From a virus: a stretch of 64,000 nt of DNA. Positions within the stretch are counted from its first letter, which is position 1, and each line of letters opens with the position of its first letter. The stretch lies in IMG/VR virus record IMGVR_UViG_3300028883_000002. One strand, 5' to 3'. Below are positions 1 to 8,271 of the stretch, one piece after another. The notes below the pieces were generated by a model. It searched no databases. It saw nothing but the letters and a program-made list of their open reading frames with translations, and was not told where the DNA came from. A program made the position numbers and the translations under genes.

Positions 1-178
1 CGTCATTTCCCGAAAAATATCTTCGGTCCTTTTGTGGTATTTTGCCCCATAGGTAATCAGAATGCCTATAAACGAGATGGTCCCATATTACATATCCAAA
101 TAAGTGAGAATTATGATATTCCTCAATAACTTCATATGGCACTTTGTCCTTCCAACCTATTAAAGCCGTATAGCTCAT
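1..178 (-). CDS. hypothetical protein, N-terminal part only (gene runs off left edge)
   Basis: Minus-strand ATG at 178-176 behind a GGGGG RBS (revcomp of 185-189). Reads MSYTALIGWKDKVPYEVIEEYHNSHLFGYVIWDH... and stays open to position 1. Not in the ORF track because it is truncated. Confidence 0.4.
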   Translation of the reverse strand, partial: MSYTALIGWKDKVPYEVIEEYHNSHLFGYVIWDHLVYRHSDYLWGKIPQKDRRYFSGND

Positions 179-815
179 TATTTTCCCCCGCGCCCGAAAA
201 GGTCTAAGTCTAACCCCCTGTAATAAGAAAGACTATGACATTAAAATGTAAGAAGGAATCATTTGACTATTTTGCAGTCCTAAGAAAACCCCTAGGCTAC
301 TGGCCTATTTCTACTATATAAGGAGGGACTCTAGAAGGCCATAGGAAGCCCATACGGGCCTCATAAGCCAACCTAACCCCCTACCCAGACCCCTGCAAGT
401 AGAACAGTCAACGCGCGGAGTTAATGAGTCGTGGCTCACCTTCAGTTTTTTAACCGGGGATTTTTTTGAAAGTACCCATTCCGAATATCCCGTTCTACAC
501 CCTACATCCGGTTTTTTATGTTTGTTCGAAAGTGCTCAGCGGATTCGGCGGATTGTCTTTTAGGGAGGGTTACTGCGCTCCAAACGCGACGGTCGGGGCC
601 GTTCGCAAATCGAGAATGCCCCCATCTTGGCACAGTTCCTGCCGTGCAAGATTCGAGCCGACGAAAACGCGGGAGCGCCGAGTTCATGCCCAGCGGCTGG
701 GCGTTGTAGAGATTCTTCCGGTACGGCTCATGCTACATCAAGTCGTATGCCAACCCGAACGTGGTGCTAGCAGTCAAGTCGTGAGAGTGCTAACAGACCG
801 CGCGCGAGATAGGTG

Positions 816-844
816 TTGACACGCCCTAGGTTACATGGTACAAT
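816..844 (+). promoter_or_regulatory. sigma70-type promoter TTGACA-17nt-TACAAT
   Basis: TTGACA at 816-821, exact 17-nt spacer, TACAAT at 839-844. The next plausible + gene starts at 1069. Confidence 0.6.
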
Positions 845-1030
845 CATGAGTGTCGAAAAGCGCGCGGCCTTCGGCTTTCGAGCCGCCCATCTGACTCCGT
901 TCCGCGCGCGCTCCGTTCCACAAAACGCGACGCGCGAATCACGTGCAATTGAAAACTGAATACGGCGAATCCGCGCGGAGTAAACGGTCCAAAACGTGTG
1001 AGCGTTCCGCGCGACTCCGGAGTTCAAACC

Positions 1031-1051
1031 GAACGCGCATCGCGCGCGTTC
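1031..1051 (+). promoter_or_regulatory. palindrome GAACGCGC-atcgc-GCGCGTTC just upstream of the RBS
   Basis: The 8-nt arms at 1031-1038 and 1044-1051 are reverse complements. GGAGG follows at 1058-1062. Confidence 0.5.
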
Positions 1052-1068
1052 AACTCTGGAGGTTTCAA

Positions 1069-1569
1069 ATGTCAGCAATAGTCGGAGTGCAATTCGTGAG
1101 CGCAACAGATGGGAAGGTCCACGGCAAGGGTTCCACGTTCTGCGTCATTACGAAGATGAAGAACGCAACTCGTCTTTCGAACGTGATGGACGGACTCGTG
1201 AAGAACAACTCCGAGTTCACGAAAGGCGGGAATGCCCTGCCAGTGGAGAATGCACTCACGGGTGAGGCTGCGAAGCTGGACGCCGCAGACCTTGCGGCAA
1301 CGTTTGCTGCACTTCCAAAGAACGTCGCGGAGATGCTGCTTCGGAACATGAGTTCGAAAATCGACGGGCGCGGAAACCGTGACGCCTACGAGAAGATGGC
1401 GGAACACATCGCCGCGCGGAGCGGTGGCGCGGTGAAGCAGTACGTGTTCCCGCTCGACACGCCGGACGTGAAGAGCCTCCGAACCGTCGCAGAGCGTATG
1501 GACGAGACGTCCAACACGCGCAAGACGGTCGAGGCGGCAATCGCGTTCGTGAACAAGAGCAAGAAGTAG
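1069..1569 (+). CDS. hypothetical protein
   Basis: ORF track 943-1569 trimmed to ATG 1069, 6 nt after GGAGG. GC-rich codon usage. No family recognised. Confidence 0.7.
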   Translation: MSAIVGVQFVSATDGKVHGKGSTFCVITKMKNATRLSNVMDGLVKNNSEFTKGGNALPVENALTGEAAKLDAADLAATFAALPKNVAEMLLRNMSSKIDGRGNRDAYEKMAEHIAARSGGAVKQYVFPLDTPDVKSLRTVAERMDETSNTRKTVEAAIAFVNKSKK

Positions 1570-1677
1570 CAGAACGGAACAGCACGTAATTCCGAACCGC
1601 CGCGCCCGACGCGCGAAACCGAACCCCGGAGTCGCGCGGAGCGTTCACACAGAAAACGCAGAACAGACCAGAACGTA

Positions 1678-1711
1678 GCGCAAGATTCGTTCCAGCGCAA
1701 GATTCGTTCCA
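1678..1711 (+). repeat. tandem 17-nt direct repeat GCGCAAGATTCGTTCCA x2
   Basis: Identical copies at 1678-1694 and 1695-1711. Confidence 0.8.
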
Positions 1712-1725
1712 ACGGATTCGCCGGG

Positions 1726-1761
1726 CTTGCCAAGCGGCACAACTTGTGTCAGCTTGGCAAG
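1726..1761 (+). promoter_or_regulatory. 10-nt inverted repeat CTTGCCAAGC / GCTTGGCAAG
   Basis: Arms at 1726-1735 and 1752-1761 with a 16-nt spacer. Confidence 0.5.
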
Positions 1762-1771
1762 TTGCGCCTAT

Positions 1772-1835
1772 CCTGCACAGTTTGTGCAGTTTGTCAAGAT
1801 GGCGACATCCTGCACAGGTTGTGCAGGTTGTCAAG
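1772..1835 (+). promoter_or_regulatory. two 27-nt operator-like repeats, each with a CTGCACA-NNT-TGTGCAG palindrome
   Basis: CCTGCACAGTTTGTGCAGTTTGTCAAG at 1772-1798 and CCTGCACAGGTTGTGCAGGTTGTCAAG at 1809-1835. Confidence 0.6.
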
Positions 1836-1848
1836 TTCCTTTTTTTTT
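1810..1848 (+). terminator. possible intrinsic terminator (second palindrome plus T9)
   Basis: Hairpin CTGCACA-GGT-TGTGCAG at 1810-1826, followed 13 nt later by a T9 run at 1840-1848. The spacing is long for a classic terminator. Confidence 0.3.
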
Positions 1849-1872
1849 ATTTTCGTTAAAAGGACTTTGGGC

Positions 1873-1898
1873 AAAACCCTACAGATTTTTTCGAAAAT
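1873..1898 (+). promoter_or_regulatory. conserved AAAACCC-NAG-TTTTT(T)C leader/promoter motif, copy 1
   Basis: AAAACCCTACAGATTTTTTCGAAAAT. See the motif-family finding. Confidence 0.4.
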
Positions 1899-2031
1899 CG
1901 GTTTTGTCCGTAGGAACGGGACTCCGATAGGCGATATTCGGTTTCAGCGTTTCATTTGTGTGAATGGACAACAATCTAAAAAACGTGTTGAACAGACAAC
2001 AAAAAAGAAAGCTCCGAAGGGAGGTGAAAAC

Positions 2032-2328
2032 ATGAGCGACGAAGAACGCAGAATCCGAACAGAAGAGGCGGTTGAAATCGCCAACTTCCTAGATTCTGAG
2101 AAAAGCGGTATTCTCGGAACGTTCTGTTTTGATTGGACGCTGGATTCGTTTGACCGCGTTCTGGTAGTGAAGAACGAGCACGGATGTGTCGTTTCGGTTC
2201 TCACTACGGTTTTTGACGTTCGGACGTTTAGCCAGAACTTCTTGTCTGCAACACAAGCGAAGAAACTGGCTGAACTTCTGATTGCTTCTTCTGTATGTGA
2301 AAACAGGACTGCTTACTCTCTCATATAG
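2032..2328 (+). CDS. hypothetical protein
   Basis: ORF track 1744-2328 trimmed to ATG 2032 behind GGGAGGTGA. Confidence 0.65.
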   Translation: MSDEERRIRTEEAVEIANFLDSEKSGILGTFCFDWTLDSFDRVLVVKNEHGCVVSVLTTVFDVRTFSQNFLSATQAKKLAELLIASSVCENRTAYSLI

Positions 2329-2397
2329 AGGGATAGGTAGTCCTGTTTGTGTTTGCGCGAAATATGCGCGGTTTCTGTCGAACGGGAGACAAAGACG

Positions 2398-2601
2398 ATG
2401 AATACGGATTTTGAGCGCGAAACGGAAGTCAAGCGATTTGTGAGTTTCCAAGAGTCGCTTGCGGAGAACCTGAATCTCGACTTTGCTGAAATGTCGAAAA
2501 TCGCAAAGTGGACCGCAAGAGAGGTTTTCCACTTCGCACCATGCGAACTGTCAGATGATTCAATCCGTGACGGAATGCGCGAAATCTACAATCACGCCTA
2601 A
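2398..2601 (+). CDS. hypothetical protein
   Basis: ORF track 2347-2601 trimmed to ATG 2398 behind GGGAGA. Confidence 0.55.
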   Translation: MNTDFERETEVKRFVSFQESLAENLNLDFAEMSKIAKWTAREVFHFAPCELSDDSIRDGMREIYNHA

Positions 2602-2650
2602 ATCGCACGAAACGTGCGAAACTCAAAATGCGCGAAAGGGGGTGAAATCT

Positions 2651-2974
2651 ATGCGCAGTTCAAAGCACCGAATCGTCCTCAATCACGGAGGATACGATTG
2701 GGCGAAAGCCGTAGCGTTTTGTCGTTGTGTCAACAATCACAGCGACGTTTACGCTTGCGTGTTTCCGCTCAGCGACGGAACCGCCGAAATCGGTATCGCG
2801 TTCGGTAGCTCGTTTTTCGAGGATGTGTTCCTCTTCAAAGCGGGAACCGAATGCGAGATTTTCGCGGTTCTGTGCTCGGAGTCGCAGCCTGAGGTTTTGG
2901 ATAGTCTGATTGCTTATCCAGAACCTCACATTCTCGACGGACGCATCGGAGTTGTCAATCTGACAATTTCGTAA
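2651..2974 (+). CDS. hypothetical protein
   Basis: ORF track 2483-2974 trimmed to ATG 2651 behind GGGGGTGAAA. Confidence 0.6.
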   Translation: MRSSKHRIVLNHGGYDWAKAVAFCRCVNNHSDVYACVFPLSDGTAEIGIAFGSSFFEDVFLFKAGTECEIFAVLCSESQPEVLDSLIAYPEPHILDGRIGVVNLTIS

Positions 2975-3066
2975 GTTTTGTCCGGTTTTTCAGAACGTTC
3001 GGTTTGGGGCGGCTTTCATAGTCGCCCCTGCCATGCGTTCGGGAGTCTGACGCGGAGGTTTCATTC

Positions 3067-3354
3067 ATGAAGTACGATTTGAAGCGTTCTGCGGAAATGC
3101 GCGAAGAGGCAAAAAAGTTCCGTAGACGCGAAGCGCTGATTGTTGCGCTTGGCTTCGAATCTTACGAATCGGGACTTGAGTGCGTTTGCGAAGAAATGCG
3201 CTCCGCTGGATTCTCGATTTCTGAGATTCAGGCAACGCAACATTGGGGATTTCGAAACTGCGTGAACTTCGCAGAGCAGGGGTGCTACGACGAAAACGGG
3301 AATATCGTAACCGTCGAAAACCCTGTAGAAAAAGTCGAAAACATGGAAGGCTAG
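3067..3354 (+). CDS. hypothetical protein
   Basis: ORF track; GGAGG RBS. Confidence 0.6.
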   Translation: MKYDLKRSAEMREEAKKFRRREALIVALGFESYESGLECVCEEMRSAGFSISEIQATQHWGFRNCVNFAEQGCYDENGNIVTVENPVEKVENMEG

Positions 3355-3369
3355 AAAGGATAGGATTCC

Positions 3370-3507
3370 ATGAATATCTGGGCAACCGCGATTGCCGCTA
3401 TTCTGTTTGTTAGCGGTCTAATCGCCACGCGCACGGGACGCGAGATTCTGGCGGCTAAGCTGTTTTTCGTGTTTCTCGTAGTTTCATGTTTCGCCGTGGG
3501 AGACTAG
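3370..3507 (+). CDS. small hydrophobic (membrane) protein, 45 aa
   Basis: Read by eye and below the track cutoff: MNIWATAIAAILFVSGLIATRTGREILAAKLFFVFLVVSCFAVGD. It fills an otherwise empty gap. Confidence 0.45.
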   Translation: MNIWATAIAAILFVSGLIATRTGREILAAKLFFVFLVVSCFAVGD

Positions 3508-3512
3508 AAACA

Positions 3513-3695
3513 ATGAAACACACGGTTGTGGTGCTAAACGACGGAGAGACATTCTCGGATATTTCGGGATGTCGAATCGTCGAAGTTGAAGTTCCAGAAG
3601 GTGAAGAACTAGACAAACACGTTCAGGTGATGTATCAGTTCGGAGTTGATATTAGCCCCGTTTGGGAGAAAGTAAAGAAGCTCTGCGGAATCTGA
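3513..3695 (+). CDS. hypothetical protein
   Basis: ORF track 3486-3695 trimmed to ATG 3513 behind GGGAGA. Confidence 0.55.
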   Translation: MKHTVVVLNDGETFSDISGCRIVEVEVPEGEELDKHVQVMYQFGVDISPVWEKVKKLCGI

Positions 3696-3707
3696 AAGGG
3701 GGTGAAA

Positions 3708-3893
3708 ATGTCTGATTTCTGCGGAAACTGCTATTTCGTTTCCGAATGCTCGGAAGCGGATTTGCAGAGAGTACCAGAACGGCTGAAAGCTAACAATCCG
3801 ATGCGATGTGCGAACGGCGGCCTGGTTTTCAAAAAGCAGAAAGCTACAGACTGCGCGTTCTTCGTCAGTCGGAAGAGAGTGAAGAAAGGATAA
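3708..3893 (+). CDS. hypothetical Cys-containing small protein
   Basis: ATG 3708 behind GGGGGTGAAA. Confidence 0.55.
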   Translation: MSDFCGNCYFVSECSEADLQRVPERLKANNPMRCANGGLVFKKQKATDCAFFVSRKRVKKG

Positions 3894-3898
3894 GAACG

Positions 3899-4201
3899 AT
3901 GCATAAGATAGGGATTTCGCGCGAAGCGAGAAAGCTCATGACGCGCGGACAGCGAATGTGGTGGTGGTTCTACAATCGCGGAATCATCGTCACGTTCGGA
4001 GAGAACAAAGCAAAGGACGGCAAAAGCCTCATTTTCACACTTCGAACGAAACGTCGCTGTGCGCTTGCTTTTTCTTCGTTCTACAGAGAGCGCAGAAAGT
4101 TCAGAATCATGATTTTTCGTGTTCCGAACTTTCATATCTCACTCTCGCTTCATCGGTTCTGGGTGTGTTTCTACATCAGGGAGGAACTGACGAATGCGTA
4201 A
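3899..4201 (+). CDS. hypothetical protein
   Basis: ORF track 3806-4201 trimmed to ATG 3899. Confidence 0.5.
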   Translation: MHKIGISREARKLMTRGQRMWWWFYNRGIIVTFGENKAKDGKSLIFTLRTKRRCALAFSSFYRERRKFRIMIFRVPNFHISLSLHRFWVCFYIREELTNA

Positions 4202-4427
4202 TCTTCTGACGTACAATCCAATCGGAACAAAGCGTTTCGAACTTCAGAGGTTCGTGCGCAGGATGGCGCGTCATCATGTTGTGTTTCCTGATTCTTGTAC
4301 CAAAGATTGGTGTAAGCAGAAAATCAGGAATCGCGCGAAGCGCATGAAGTACAATATTGACCCGTGGCAGATTTCTCTGCTTTTCGATACTTCTGTTACA
4401 ACCGCCAGAGCGGAGATTCAGAACTAG
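4194..4427 (+). CDS. hypothetical protein
   Basis: ORF track; GGGAGGAA RBS. Confidence 0.55.
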   Translation: MRNLLTYNPIGTKRFELQRFVRRMARHHVVFPDSCTKDWCKQKIRNRAKRMKYNIDPWQISLLFDTSVTTARAEIQN

Positions 4428-4440
4428 TGGAGGAATCGTC

Positions 4441-4806
4441 ATGTCGTTCGAGAAACGCGAAAACGAGCTGAAGAACGAGTTTGATAAGCTCGTTTTCCTA
4501 AGGGGCAAGAATGCAGACGATTTGGAAGTTATCGCCGTCTGCACAAGGTACGCAAAGCTCCTGTTTGAAATGTTTCTCACAGGCGTTTCGATGCACGAAA
4601 TCTACGAAAAGTCGAAAGCGTTTGTGAGGCAGGAACAAACAGGAAAGCGAAGAAAGCGCGTTTGTAACGGAGCGTGGTTAAGGATAGAATACCACTTTCC
4701 AACACGAATGTTGCTTTCTTACGCAAACCGTGTTGAAAATCCAGAATCCGTAAGGTACGCAACGCGGAGAAAACGAAATGGAACGAACGTGCGCGTTCTG
4801 CCGTAA
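4441..4806 (+). CDS. hypothetical protein
   Basis: ORF track 4357-4806 trimmed to ATG 4441 behind GGAGGAA. Confidence 0.6.
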   Translation: MSFEKRENELKNEFDKLVFLRGKNADDLEVIAVCTRYAKLLFEMFLTGVSMHEIYEKSKAFVRQEQTGKRRKRVCNGAWLRIEYHFPTRMLLSYANRVENPESVRYATRRKRNGTNVRVLP

Positions 4807-5122
4807 GAAGATAGAAGAGAACGACGAGAACGCCTTGCGCGTTCTGTACTTCTGGACGTTTCCTCCGTATGAGGAAGGCGGAGCGGAACGTAGAGATTTC
4901 TGTTCTGAGAAATGTCTGCGGCTCTGGACTTGTGAGAAGTTACGAACAAACACACATTTCCAGAGAATAAACTATGACCGTTTCGACCCGCACGGAATCA
5001 CTCGTTTCTTCAGAAACGGAATAGTAAGTGCCGCGCTCGTAGGATGTGGAAACAGATTCTTCTTTATGGAAACTTATAAGCGGTCGTTAGAACATTTGCA
5101 ACCGCTTAAGGTGTGGCGATAG
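4778..5122 (+). CDS. hypothetical protein with CxxC...C motif
   Basis: ORF track; MERTCAFCRKK...; GGAGAA RBS. Confidence 0.5.
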   Translation: MERTCAFCRKKIEENDENALRVLYFWTFPPYEEGGAERRDFCSEKCLRLWTCEKLRTNTHFQRINYDRFDPHGITRFFRNGIVSAALVGCGNRFFFMETYKRSLEHLQPLKVWR

Positions 5123-5194
5123 AATAAACAAAACCCTCTTTCTGAGGAGGACGCTATGAACGTCTTGCTCAGAATGTGGGTTTCCCTTTGCCTT

Positions 5195-5220
5195 CGAATC
5201 CCGAAGATTCGGCTCTTTTT
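5195..5220 (+). terminator. candidate intrinsic terminator
   Basis: CGAATC-ccgaa-GATTCG hairpin (5195-5211), then GCTCTTTTT. Confidence 0.35.
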
Positions 5221-5232
5221 ATACCGATACGG

Positions 5233-5259
5233 AAAAACCCTAGAGGTTTTTTCGAAAAC
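5233..5259 (+). promoter_or_regulatory. conserved leader/promoter motif, copy 2
   Basis: AAAAACCCTAGAGGTTTTTTCGAAAAC. Confidence 0.4.
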
Positions 5260-5343
5260 GGAAGGGGGCAAAGAGAATGTGACTCCTATCGCTTAAATCA
5301 TTAAAAGCGATGTGTCAGTCGAGTAACAAAAAAGGGAGTTAAA

Positions 5344-5538
5344 ATGACGTTCGCGGTGTATTGTCCGAACGTACAATATGGGCGTAAAATCTTCGGAATT
5401 GACCAGATAGAACGTTCTGGGGAATGGTTGATTCTGAAGAAAAAAGTAACTGGCCCCGGTTCTATCATTAGGTTTGAACCAATGGCATACGTTTCGGTTC
5501 ACGGGGTTGTCGTCGAAGACGCGACAGTGGAGGAATAG
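5344..5538 (+). CDS. hypothetical protein
   Basis: ORF track; GGGAG RBS. Confidence 0.55.
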   Translation: MTFAVYCPNVQYGRKIFGIDQIERSGEWLILKKKVTGPGSIIRFEPMAYVSVHGVVVEDATVEE

Positions 5539-5756
5539 TGGAAGCTAAGAAAATGGCTTTTGATGGCGAGAAGCTAAAAACCGCTAAGGTTACACAGGTT
5601 CCGCAATCCAAGATGACAGGTGAATGTTGGCCCGTACAGTTCTGGGGATTCTCCGCTTGCGATTCGTGCGAGTTTAAAGATACGGACGTATGCGGCGGAC
5701 TCGATATTCGCAAAACAGGCAAGAACTCAAAGGGACATAAAGTCCCGATTCGTTAG
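5538..5756 (+). CDS. hypothetical protein (start uncertain: GTG 5538 or ATG 5553)
   Basis: ORF track; GGAGG at 5529-5533. Confidence 0.5.
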   Translation: MEAKKMAFDGEKLKTAKVTQVPQSKMTGECWPVQFWGFSACDSCEFKDTDVCGGLDIRKTGKNSKGHKVPIR

Positions 5757-5767
5757 GGGGTGAAAAC

Positions 5768-6049
5768 GTGAGCGCAAACCACACTCTAATGACAGCTGAA
5801 GATGCAACTGAAGTTTCGCATCTTTTGGGAATCTACGGATTCGCTGTTAGAAGTGACAACTGTACGGTTACTGTCTACAGCCCAACACATCCAGATTATG
5901 GATTTGTTGAATTGAATGACAAAAAGGTGTTTCTTTCGCGCGAGGATGTGATGGAATATCTGGACAGTCTAATGGGAAAAAGGCTGTTTGGATGTTACGC
6001 TAATGCCGCGCGTGAAGAAATCAAAAAGTTCTTCCAGACAGGGGAGTAA
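5768..6049 (+). CDS. hypothetical protein
   Basis: GTG start behind GGGGGTGAAA. Confidence 0.55.
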   Translation: MSANHTLMTAEDATEVSHLLGIYGFAVRSDNCTVTVYSPTHPDYGFVELNDKKVFLSREDVMEYLDSLMGKRLFGCYANAAREEIKKFFQTGE

Positions 6050-6050
6050 A

Positions 6051-6632
6051 ATGAGAACAAAACGCGAGTATACATGGATACTAGACTTCGCGCACGGATG
6101 GCTTGTCGTTCCCATATCGCACGTTTGGGAAGCTGGCGTTTGGGATGAAATCTCTCCGTGTAGTTACGTTCGTGGGGTTTTCGCATATCTTGAAGAGGAT
6201 TGCGATGCACCCATTTTCCTCAAAGCAGCCAAAAAGAAAGGATGGGATATAGTTACAACCAAAGTGCGAATAAACGGAATAAGTGCTATCCGTCTGTATG
6301 ACCGCTTCAATAAGAAACTCCCTCCAACTGCTGATTCCACACAACAGACACAAGAGCAGGAAGATATGCAGATTCTTACCTACCACGAAATAGTGGCACA
6401 TTATTTCGTTCGTTGGTTTGAATCAGACCAAACTCTTCCTGTTCTTGAAGATACAATCGCGGAACTGGTGTTTCAACTCGGTTTTGGCGAAAAGGACATA
6501 GAGAAAGCTAAGGACGCTCTCGCAGACCACGGAATTGAAGACGATGAGTCCTTCACTCTATGCGGTGAGTTTTCTGGCGTTACTCACAGTCCGTGTTGTC
6601 CTAGGTGTAAAATAGAAAGGGCAAATATGTGA
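6051..6632 (+). CDS. hypothetical protein
   Basis: ORF track 5988-6632 trimmed to ATG 6051 behind GGGGAG. Confidence 0.65.
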   Translation: MRTKREYTWILDFAHGWLVVPISHVWEAGVWDEISPCSYVRGVFAYLEEDCDAPIFLKAAKKKGWDIVTTKVRINGISAIRLYDRFNKKLPPTADSTQQTQEQEDMQILTYHEIVAHYFVRWFESDQTLPVLEDTIAELVFQLGFGEKDIEKAKDALADHGIEDDESFTLCGEFSGVTHSPCCPRCKIERANM

Positions 6633-6826
6633 AACGTTTCATAGTTTGCAACAAATCATACGGAACGTTTGTAGGGAAGGAACCGGGAAGTTGGGTTTCT
6701 TCGAAAGAAAAGGCCCAGAAGTTTAAAAGGAGACAATCGGCACAGGCAGTAGCGGATTTGTTGTGTGTTTTCGGCCAAGAGAAATGTGTAGTAGAGGAGG
6801 TTGAAGATGGAGAAGATATTCGTTAA
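6629..6826 (+). CDS. hypothetical protein
   Basis: GTG start overlapping the upstream stop (ATGTGA). Confidence 0.5.
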   Translation: MKRFIVCNKSYGTFVGKEPGSWVSSKEKAQKFKRRQSAQAVADLLCVFGQEKCVVEEVEDGEDIR

Positions 6827-7175
6827 TTCCGAACAACTGCGCGAGTGGGACGGTTGCAGAGGTGAAATCGAGCGGTTCGAAGCGGAATACGGCTGCAAAA
6901 AGATTGAAGTTACGCGCGAATTTCTGGTCGAATGCGCAGATAAGAACTATGATATCGGGTTCTGGTTCAGGCACGAATTTCCTGATATTGAAGATGGAGA
7001 AGAGTTTATAGCAAAGAACAACGCGCTACTTGATAAGTACCACGAAAGAATCGGGGAAATTAACAAGAACGCAGAACTTTCAACAGAGGAACAAATAAAG
7101 AAGAGGAAGGAGGCTAATCGGCTCGATAGAATTGCGTGGGCTAATCTTATCGCAGATTCGATTGGTTTGCCTTAA
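6807..7175 (+). CDS. hypothetical protein
   Basis: ATG 6807, 7 nt after GAGGAGG. Confidence 0.6.
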   Translation: MEKIFVNSEQLREWDGCRGEIERFEAEYGCKKIEVTREFLVECADKNYDIGFWFRHEFPDIEDGEEFIAKNNALLDKYHERIGEINKNAELSTEEQIKKRKEANRLDRIAWANLIADSIGLP

Positions 7176-7197
7176 GTGATAAAACGGGAGGTTTGGG

Positions 7198-7650
7198 ATG
7201 GATAGGGAACTAGCAGAAGGTTGCGTTGACATTTTGGAAGCAATTTTTCCAAACTGTGTAGCACACACGGACCACTACGCTGGAAATGAAGAAGACTGTT
7301 ACGCTTGTGAGCAAATTTCCTGCAATACATGGCTGGATGTAGAAACGCTCACAAACTTCATTCAAGACAACATAAACAGGTGGCAAGTTTTTGTCACCGT
7401 GTATGAAGTTACGAGACACTACGGAGGACCAGAAGAAGGGGGCTGGTGGTATAATTGGAACGAACCAGTTGAATCTGTTCTGGTTCTTCCTAGTCAAGAT
7501 GCAGAAGAAGTTGTTGAGCAAATGACAAAACGGAACGAATATCGCATATGGGGCGATATCTATTCCGTTTGTGGAGGAATGGATATTCTGGTGATGGTCG
7601 AAGCTACGCAGAACAAATATGCTACAAAGTGTAGACCGCACTACGAATAG
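7198..7650 (+). CDS. hypothetical protein with GGPEEGGWWY motif
   Basis: ORF track; GGGAGG RBS. I have seen this motif in other phage proteins of unknown function. Confidence 0.65.
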   Translation: MDRELAEGCVDILEAIFPNCVAHTDHYAGNEEDCYACEQISCNTWLDVETLTNFIQDNINRWQVFVTVYEVTRHYGGPEEGGWWYNWNEPVESVLVLPSQDAEEVVEQMTKRNEYRIWGDIYSVCGGMDILVMVEATQNKYATKCRPHYE

Positions 7651-7658
7651 GAGGAATT

Positions 7659-8270
7659 ATGTCCGTTCAGGCCGCTATTCAGCAGGCTGCGTATGACGCT
7701 TGGCCCGACCAGAACGTATTTCTCGGACCAAACGACAGATACGTTAGGATGATGCTGAACGTGTTCGGGTGTGCAATCTTTGGAAGTTTCTCACGCGAAC
7801 TTCTTTTTCGTCACTTAGCGGGAGAGGGATTCGGTAGTTATGAGAATATCGGAGATTTCGATTTTCTTGCAACTCGCACCGCATTTATTTCTATGAAGAA
7901 CGTAGGACTAGGAGTTTTTGCGGACTGCCATAACCCTCAGTATGATGAATTGATACTAGAGGGTTATCAGATTCACAAGCTCACGCGCGGGTGCAATGAA
8001 ATGGATTCTCACGTTGTAGTTCCATCCAGAACTGACTTAATCAAACTCGCTCTTCCTGATTTGATTAGGGAGTTTGCCAAGACCATAGATTTCGATGTGA
8101 ATGCGTGTTTCCTCACGATGCATTACGATATTCCTTTGTGGTTTACTCCGCACGGAGTTAATGTTTCCATAAAGGACGGAACCGCGTGTGGAGTAAATCC
8201 TGTCAATCCGCAGAGAATCAACAAGATGCTAGAACGCGGGTGGAGGCTACAACTTTCTCCTAGGAAGTAA
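7659..8270 (+). CDS. hypothetical protein, possible nucleotidyltransferase fold (weak)
   Basis: FGSFSRELL...GDFDFL resembles the G[SG]xxR...DxD head of pol-beta NTases. It lies directly upstream of the CCA enzyme. Confidence 0.6.
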   Translation: MSVQAAIQQAAYDAWPDQNVFLGPNDRYVRMMLNVFGCAIFGSFSRELLFRHLAGEGFGSYENIGDFDFLATRTAFISMKNVGLGVFADCHNPQYDELILEGYQIHKLTRGCNEMDSHVVVPSRTDLIKLALPDLIREFAKTIDFDVNACFLTMHYDIPLWFTPHGVNVSIKDGTACGVNPVNPQRINKMLERGWRLQLSPRK

Positions 8271-8271
8271 T

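Larger units (their letters stand above)
1006..1640. repeat. 15-nt inverted repeat pair bracketing CDS 1069-1569
   Basis: TCCGCGCGACTCCGG at 1006-1020 is the exact reverse complement of CCGGAGTCGCGCGGA at 1626-1640. Confidence 0.7.

Noticed and set aside
466-1105. ORF-track entries 466-819 (+), 502-687 (-), 518-709 (+) and 767-1105 (-) in the GC-rich left region
   Set aside because: They overlap each other in several frames, have no Shine-Dalgarno sequence and have Arg/Ser/Pro/Cys-rich junk-like composition typical of open frames in GC-rich non-coding DNA. The consensus promoter at 816-844 lies inside them.
1256-1834. 192-aa minus-strand ORF (and 1386-1742, 1065-1407 minus)
   Set aside because: These are shadow frames of the GC-rich + gene 1069-1569 and of the repeat region. 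Their composition is Arg/Cys/Ser-rich and they have no RBS.
5156-5296. 46-codon ORF behind a strong GAGGAGG RBS
   Set aside because: It would read straight through the terminator-like hairpin (5195-5211) and motif copy 2, and its sequence (MNVLLRMWVSLCLRIPKIRLFLYRYGK...) looks non-protein-like. It cannot be excluded and would need ribosome profiling.
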